A stretch of DNA of 64,000 nucleotides from Octopus vulgaris (Eukaryota). The stretch is from positions 184,512,001 to 184,576,000 of the forward strand of contig OX597814.1 in assembly GCA_951406725.2 (NCBI GenBank), written 5' to 3'. Below the pieces are notes generated by a model. It was not told where the DNA came from. It saw only the letters and a program-made list of their open reading frames with translations, and made no database searches. The stretch's first letter is position 1; every line of letters starts with the position of its first letter. Made by a program: the position numbers and the translations under genes. Below are positions 55,189 through 64,000 of the stretch, piece after piece.

Positions 55189-56359
55189 TGCGCACACACA
55201 CAACGATACAAATATTTTTACATACACACAGATATATATGTATATATTTATATATATACATATGTATGTATATGGTGGGCTTCCACACAATTTCTGTTTA
55301 ACGTTGGCCTTCGAAAAACAACGGTCGACTTGGAGAGAGGTGGAAGATGATATGACGTTCAGTGCGACTGAACCCAAAATCATATCTATGCGAAGTGAAT
55401 ATCTAAACCATTCAGTCATGTATATAAGATATGCTTAATCAAGTGTTCGACTGTTGCAGCTGACCACTTTGAATGCTATTACACCAACTGGATAAGAATG
55501 AATGCAATGAGACGTTGAACAAGTTCTGAGCACTCAGCACACGAATAAAGTGTACAACTCTGTGTTATACATATTATTATACACCGCGGGTGGCGGGACG
55601 TGAGCGTGTACGCGTTGCGCTTGTGTTGTCTCTGTGTAAGTAAATTTCTGTGGCTCATGTATTATGTATGGGAAAGTACACCGTGTCCTATAAAAGAACG
55701 TGCAAATTTCCTCTCACAATCTTCTCACTACATTAGTGACCTAATTTTGTTATTTCTAATAGTACTCAGCTTTAAGTTGGTGCAAAAAACTACCCTTCTT
55801 TACGCCTAAAACCTCCGCACAAAAGTGATATCTGCATCAGAATTGAACATTTCAAAATACAATATTAAATTGCAATTTTACAAACATAAAGACTTCATCA
55901 CCATATCGAACACAGAAAACGCTTTTTTGTATTTTGCCCTTACGATGTTCCATATATGCACAACACACATCCTAAAACACTGATGGTCTTTTCAAAATGC
56001 TAGCTTGCACAATCTCGATTGATTCTGAAAAGTTTCACTTAGAATTCTACTCCAGTTGCTAGTTCACAAACATGCAGTTACTCCACAAATTATCCACATT
56101 ATCAACTGATATTACGTGTGGAATCGTGAAATTTACATGAATTCTCAAGGCACGATAGTTAGGCATACAAGTTACATTTCCTGTGTCATTTCACATATCC
56201 AGCTTTCAAAATTTCCTCCAGTCCTTATCTTCAGAATTAAGTCTCTTTGGAATTCACGCCCTGCCTCGTTTTTTCCCTATCAACATTGACCGAGCGTTTT
56301 ACAAGCCAGACATCAGATGCAACAATCTTACTAGAGTGAGAGGGGCTACAGCCTTCCAC

Positions 56360-56445
<86 letters not shown>

Positions 56446-56686
56446 ATACGCATATGTATATAAAAGTATATACGTAGATGTGTACGTATACACATACATT
56501 ATCACGTACACACATACACAGCGAGTCTCAGGCAGACACTTTACCGTGATATGTTTATCTACAATACTTGTTGGTAGAAGTATGTTCTGGCGTATATTTA
56601 CTTAACTATTCAGGAACAGACAAGCACAAGTATGCACGAATATAAGTATGTATGTGTATATGTCGATGTATGTTTACGTATGTATG

Positions 56687-56717
<31 letters not shown>

Positions 56718-56778
56718 GTATGTATCTGTTTTTCTCGTTCCTTTTTAACCACTCTGTGTTAACGCATACTTAACACGA

Positions 56779-56779
<1 letters not shown>

Positions 56780-56837
<58 letters not shown>

Positions 56838-56947
56838 GATGAGGATGATTATGATGATGATGAAAAGAAGAAGAGGGAAGAGAAAAAGGAGAAGGAGGAG
56901 GAGAAGAAGAAGAAAACTAACAACAACATGAATATTAAAAAGAAATG

Positions 56948-57006
<59 letters not shown>

Positions 57007-57169
57007 GATAATGATGATGATGATGATGATGAAAAGAAGAAGAGGGAAGAGAAAAGAGGAAGGAGAAGGAGGAGGAGAAGAAGAAGAAAACTAACAACAT
57101 GAATATTAAAAAGAAATGATAATGATAATAATAATAATAATAATAATAAAAATTAAAACAATAATAATG

Positions 57170-57215
<46 letters not shown>

Positions 57216-57381
57216 TAATAACAATAATAATAATAATAATAACGATAATGATGATGATGATGATGATGATATAATAATATCAATGAGGAAAAGAAGAAGA
57301 GGAAGGGAAAAAGGAGGAGGATGAGGGGGAGAAGAAGACTAGCAACAACATGAGTATTAAAAAGAAATAATAATAATAATG

Positions 57382-57470
<89 letters not shown>
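56780..57470. repeat. Three tandem copies of a microsatellite mosaic (AAT/GAT/GAA/GAG + aacatgaatattaaaaagaaa)
   Basis: The anchor motif recurs at ~56925, ~57096 and ~57346. Confidence 0.85.
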
Positions 57471-57472
<2 letters not shown>

Positions 57473-57827
57473 ATCCAAGATGGAGGTGTATGTAGAGGTT
57501 TGTAAAAGCAGAAGTCAGATCTGTCAAAACATAACTTCGCTAATTGTACTGTTGATATTGTTGGGTATACGAGTGTTGTGTAAACCAGAAGACTAAAATC
57601 ATAGACACGTAATGACTAGTAAGTTCTATGGTTGCAGTCTATTACAAGGCGCTGAGATTGGTGGAGCGTTTGGTTGTTGCTTCGTTTGTCGTCGTCGTCT
57701 TCTTGTGTTTTTTCTACTCAGTTTTTCGTTCTTTAACTTTTCACTGATGCGAGTGATTATTATTTTTTCGGTGGTAATGGAGTTAATGGTGAGGGTGGTC
57801 TCGATATTGTCTGAAGCTATTATTACA

Positions 57828-58176
<349 letters not shown>

Positions 58177-58985
58177 GTTGTTGTTGTTGTTAGTAGTAAT
58201 AGTAATAATAGTTGTAGTAGTAGTAGAAGTGTTAGTAGTGGTAGTAATAGTAGTGGTAATGGTGGTGTTAGTAGTAGTAATAGTATTGCTGTTGCTGTTA
58301 TTATTATTTTTTTTTTATTAGCGTTGTTGGCGTCATTGTCGTCGTCGTTATTGACGTTGTTGTTGTTGATGACGCTAATGATGATGATGATGATGATGAT
58401 ATTGATGATGATGATGGTATTGATGATGATGATGATGATGATGATGATTGTGTTGTTGTTGTTGTTATTCCACTCAGGCTGACTTTGCTTTTCAGGGGTC
58501 GATAAATGGAGTACCAGTTGGGCACTGGAGTTGACATAATCGACTTGTTCCTTCTCCCTCTAAGACTTTTTGACCTTCTGCCAAAATTTGAAAAGCATTA
58601 ATTATTATGAACACCTCCTCCCTATTAAGGATTACACATTCTTGATTTTTTCCCACTATGTTAGTCTTGCTTACACGCAACACCCTCACAACAGCCCATA
58701 TACTCACACACATACATAATGTTCACACATACATAATGTTCTGTTCATAATGTTTTTCTTAATGTAAACCCTTTACGGTTAATAAAGAAATCATCCCCAT
58801 CATCATCATCATCTTCATCTTAATTATTATTATTGTTGTTGTTGTTGCTCCGGTTATTGTTGTTATTATATGAACACAGCTTATTTTGCTGGGTATGATG
58901 GAAAGTGTCAGCTGCCCACAGCCAGCAGATTAAGACACTTGTTTACTGGCCATGTTTCATGAATCCTGCGAAGGGTTATTTATTA

Positions 58986-59371
<386 letters not shown>

Positions 59372-59480
59372 GAGTGAGAGAGCAGTGCATGCCATCAAAG
59401 TGACACTGGGGTAAAATATACGAAGGCCAGTATACCCATCATGACTACCTGTCTGATAAGGGCACACCAGGCACATGCAT
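59372..59480 (-). mobile_element. 3' end of a second (TAA)n-associated retroelement family
   Basis: Matches 63858-63965; both copies abut (TTA)n at the same base. Confidence 0.75.
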
Positions 59481-59502
59481 ATTATTATTATTATTATTAT
59501 CA

Positions 59503-59544
<42 letters not shown>

Positions 59545-60768
59545 GTAGTAGTAGTAGTAGTAGTAGTAGTATTTGTTTTTTTTAGAACAAGCGGTTTATC
59601 ACTTTGCACACTGCCTCTTCTTCAAGAAAAGCATCAGGCAAGGAGACCTGTCTTTTTATGTGACACATCAATAACTTTCTTCTTTTACCATCTTGCGTAT
59701 GTTTATATAAAAGACAATATATGAGACATTATATATATGACACATGTTTATTAAATTTAGATCGGAAATGAAGCTTTTGAAGTTAATTCAGGTTACTGTG
59801 ATTCCATGCTTTAAACCTTCGGCTGTAATGTTCCTCTGATTCATGTTCATATCGAACTACGTGGCTGGTGAAAAATTCTATTCAGCAGAAGAGTATACGA
59901 AAAGAACCATTTCTGAAGAGAGATAAAGCCATTCTAGTGCCTCTGTTGAAAGCTTTTGTAAAGTCGGATCAACACACGCAAAAATATATAAACCTTAAAA
60001 CGGCGAAAATAGGATAGAAAATGAGAGCAGAGTTCAATTGTGAGTAGTAATTGGAGGTTTACCAAAGTTTTTTTTAATGACATTTGGAATGAATGAATTT
60101 GTATATGTATTAAATACGCTCACCTTAGAAACTGAGTTAAGATATTTTGCGCTCTTTTGACGTTTAACGGCTATTCAAGGGTAAAGTAATTTCAAACACC
60201 AAAGAAGTCATCATGACTTGGATCGTTAGGCGTGTAATCGGAGATAATCCTAGGCTAGTAAAAAGGATTGCTGTTTCGTTTTAGTTTGTATTGACAATAA
60301 GCAGAGGCGAGAGAATTAAATTTGTATGATATCTCTAGCAATTCAAGCAGCAACAAAAACCTATTCTGGGAAGTAATGAGCCGCGATGCGTTGTAGTTAG
60401 ACATGTTAGAAATAGCAGCTATATTTTCCCGAAACCACATCTTAGTATAGCAAAAGAAGAAAACTCATATTGATACATTGTTTGAAACAAAAGGCTGCAT
60501 GCTTTTTAATGGAACTCTTTCATCGTAGTTCTATTTGTTCATCGCTGACCTGGAGCTAAAAACAAAACTATAAAGATAACATTTTAACGGGTTATGCGAA
60601 GCGACTAATCGTTAGAGTTTTGGATACAATGCTTTGCGGTATTTGTTTCACCTCCCTGCGGTTCAAATCCTACCAAGGTCAATTTAAACTATCATCCGTT
60701 CGAGATTTATAAAAGAAAAATGCATCATTCAAAGGCGATGAATTAATTGAATAATATACAGCATTCAC

Positions 60769-61288
60769 GTGGAGGCGCAATGGTCCAGTAGTTAGGGCAG
60801 CGGACTCGCGGTCGTAGGATCGCAGTTTCGATTCCCAGACCGGGCACTGTGAGTGTTTATTGAGCGAAAACACCTAAAGCTCCACGAGGCTCCGGCAGGG
60901 GATGGTGGTGATCCCTGCTGTACTCTTTAACCACAAGTTTCTCTCACACTTTCTTCCTGTTTCTGTTGTACCTGTATTTCAAAGGGCCGGCCTTGTCACT
61001 CTCTGTGTCACGCTGAATCTCCCCGAGAACTACGTTAAGGGTACACGTGTTTGTGGAGTGCTCTGCCCCTTGCACGTTAATAAATGAGCTGCAACGTCAC
61101 TGGTGCTAAGCTGTATCGGCCTTTGCTTTTCCCTTGGATAACATTGGTGGCGTTGAGAGGGGAAGCTGGTATGCATGGACGACAGCTAGTCTTCCATAAA
61201 CAACCTTGCCCAGACTTGTGCCTCGGAGGGTAACTTTCTAGGTGCAATCCAATGGTCATTCATGACCGAAGGGGGTTACAACACAACA
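60769..61288 (+). mobile_element. Full-length tRNA-derived SINE family C with 13 bp TSD
   Basis: TSD atacagcattcac at 60756-60768 and 61289-61301; A and B boxes in the head. Confidence 0.92.
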
Positions 61289-61797
61289 ATACAGCATTCA
61301 CGCGGGATGCTTTGGGATAGTTGTTTCATCCTGTGCATTCTTTGTTCAATTTCCACCACGGCAACGACGAACGGGGACACTTCTCTCAGTTGTTACGACG
61401 ACCGGGAGATAACACTATCAATTCTAATGACCAAACTTTCTAAAGATTTATTACCCCCACCACCATCACCCACCACCGCCATCACCACCTCCCCCAGCGC
61501 TATCGCTGTCGCCGCCTCCACCAGCTCCGTGGTGATAATAATAAGGAAAATATTAAATGGGTAATAGGATTGTGAAAATAAAATGTTATTTTCTTTATGG
61601 GTTTGTATAAGGCCATATATTTTAAGATAGAAGCAATTTAGATAATGGTCATAACCTACTGGTTTTCATATTTACTCTTGTAGTCTTCCATAGAAAAATT
61701 TCCCATTTCGTGCGATTCAAGGACACACTTATACACACACACGCATATAAATATATGTGAGTGTGTGTGTGTGTATGAGGCTATGTATGTATGTATG

Positions 61798-61857
<60 letters not shown>

Positions 61858-63099
61858 AACATACATATAATGTATGTGTGTGTATGAGGCTATGTATGTA
61901 TGTATATATATTTATATATGCATACATATAATATGTGTGTGTATGAGGCTATGTATGTATGTATCTATCTATATATGTATATATATACAGATACACACAC
62001 TCACATCTGTGTAATTTGTGTGTGTGGGGGTATTTTGTGTGTGGGGGGTGTTTTGTGTGTATGTGTGGGGGTGGGGGTGCTGGATAGAAAAAGAGAGACA
62101 AAATCAGAGAGAGACTGTCTGTTCCTATTTGATGAAATATATATCATATATACCTAATTAAATGCTTTGCTATATATCCTTATAATGGTACCTACTCAAA
62201 TTCACTATGTTAATTTTTTTTTTCTCATATGGTGTTATATTTTTAAGTATGAAATTTTCTGGATCATTTTTTTACCCTGAAATTCCCATGAATATTAATA
62301 AATCATGAATATAAATAAATACAAACGAAACAAAAAAAAAAAACAACACACACACATAACCGCAAATAGATATTTTGACACACACGTATCAATACACATT
62401 TATATATGACTCACATATCTTCACATTAAGACACACACGAACTCATAAGACAATACACACACACACACATACACAAGCAAACTAGTGTGAGACCATACGC
62501 ACAAATACACATTCGTGTACAAATTCATACAGATGCAAACGTACATACATGAATACATTACATATATATACACACCCGTAGAGTTTTAAGTTAATGGGTC
62601 TCTGTCGGATTCGGCGATGACTATCGTAGATGTGCGACTCGCTTAACTCCACCTAATCTGTGATTTACTGTGCAATGACACTGGTAGATTCAGTTTCGTT
62701 CAGCTGGCTCTTTGACTTACATGTACAATTAGTTTGATCGGCTGTCGCAGTTTTCGATTGCCTAATCTCATTCACAAGTTCAGAATTGGCCTAGAGTAAT
62801 CGTTAAATTCTCTTATCGAAGATATGCGATAGGATAGTTGTCGTAAGAAGTACCAGTTTTTTTTAAAATTGAAAATCCCAAACAAGGTATGGGACCATTT
62901 AGTATAAGGGCCTATGAAGGAGAAATTAAATCGGAAGGAATGAATTTACTTTAGATTTAAACGAGTTCAGCTCATAACTAGAAGGAAATCGATGAAATGG
63001 AAAAGAGTTCCGAAGTCCGGCCGTTCGGGGGAAAATAGCTACAACTGTAGAAAGACTTCCTTATTCGTGGAAACACATTTGTTGTTGTTGTTGTAATCG

Positions 63100-63217
63100 T
63101 CGTCGTCATCATCATCATCATCATCACCACCATTATCACCACCATCATCACCCCCATCATCACCACGTCATCATCATCATCATCATCATCATCACCACCA
63201 TTATCATCACCATCATC

Positions 63218-63277
<60 letters not shown>

Positions 63278-63307
63278 GTCGTCGTCGTCGTCATCATCAT
63301 CATCATT

Positions 63308-63368
<61 letters not shown>

Positions 63369-63385
63369 ACATCATCATCATCACT
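63100..63385. repeat. (CAT)n/(CAC)n microsatellite
   Basis: Read directly from the sequence. Confidence 0.95.
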
Positions 63386-63404
63386 AATAATAATGCTGAT
63401 ATAT

Positions 63405-63835
63405 TAACTCATGCTTTGCTAAAACTCCTGGAGTCTTGCATGCGTTGCGGGAGTCCTATCTGCACCCTACGGTACCATGCTATCAATTTTTTTCATCTGT
63501 CTAATACCATTCCTGGTGGTTCTGACGGTCCCTATGAGGCAAACTTTTTTTGCAACATTTCCCCCTGGGTACCCGATTTCCGTTTCCTCTCTTGATGCTT
63601 TGTGATACTCTCCTCAGGATCCAACAACAATTTGCGCTATCTTCATCTTGTCCACAACCACTAGGTCCAGCTGGTTGTGCTCAAATACCTGCGCTGCTCG
63701 GAGTGGAAGATCGAACAGGAGTTGGCATGTCTCCGAATCCGCCACTCTGTGGTTTGTGCTCATGCCACACCTCTTTAACTAGAACTTGTTATGCAGTTTC
63801 AAATACTGCATTTCTGCTACCTCATCGTCAACTAT
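63405..63835 (-). pseudogene. Decayed RLE-type non-LTR retrotransposon C-terminus (R4-like)
   Basis: Frameshifted peptides DEVAEM..., WHEHKPQ, DSETCQLLFDLPL..QVFEHNQLDLVVVDK and KVCLIGT resemble the WYEHKP..ILWDF..HNRPDIVVVDK..QK..LLGT region. Confidence 0.7.
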
Positions 63836-63857
63836 TATTGTTATTATTATTATTATT

Positions 63858-64000
63858 GAGTGAGAGAGCAGTTCATGCCATCAAAGTGACACTGGGGTAA
63901 AATATACGAAGCCCAATATACACATCATGACTACCGGTCTGATAAGGGTACACCAGGCACATGCATCACAACCATATGTGCGCGACATGGTGATCTCATA
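63858..64000 (-). mobile_element. 3' end of the second (TAA)n-associated family, runs off the window
   Basis: Matches 59372-59480. Confidence 0.75.

Overview
AT-rich, microsatellite-saturated animal DNA. The SINE families and simple-repeat load resemble octopus (coleoid cephalopod) genomes; this is inference from pattern recognition, not a database result. No host protein-coding gene is supported, and almost all ORFs in the track are translations of simple repeats. The only protein-coding traces are retrotransposon remnants: an internally deleted R4/Dong-type element in (TAA)n, a Tx1-type LINE 3' end in (GATA)n, and a decayed RLE fragment. The rest is tRNA-derived SINEs (at least four families), non-autonomous Helitrons, MITEs/foldbacks and local duplications. 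The main signal is about nine type I hammerhead ribozyme (HHR) motifs in several unrelated short non-coding repeat families with Penelope-like (PLE) direct or inverted end architecture; the best-formed are at 47568-47631 (+) and 40300-40358 (-). The most notable structure is a TSD-flanked mirror-image element (25311-27357) built as tRNA head + (TAA)n + hammerhead-bearing tail, a candidate Pol III, ribozyme-containing SINE mobilised by a Penelope-like element.
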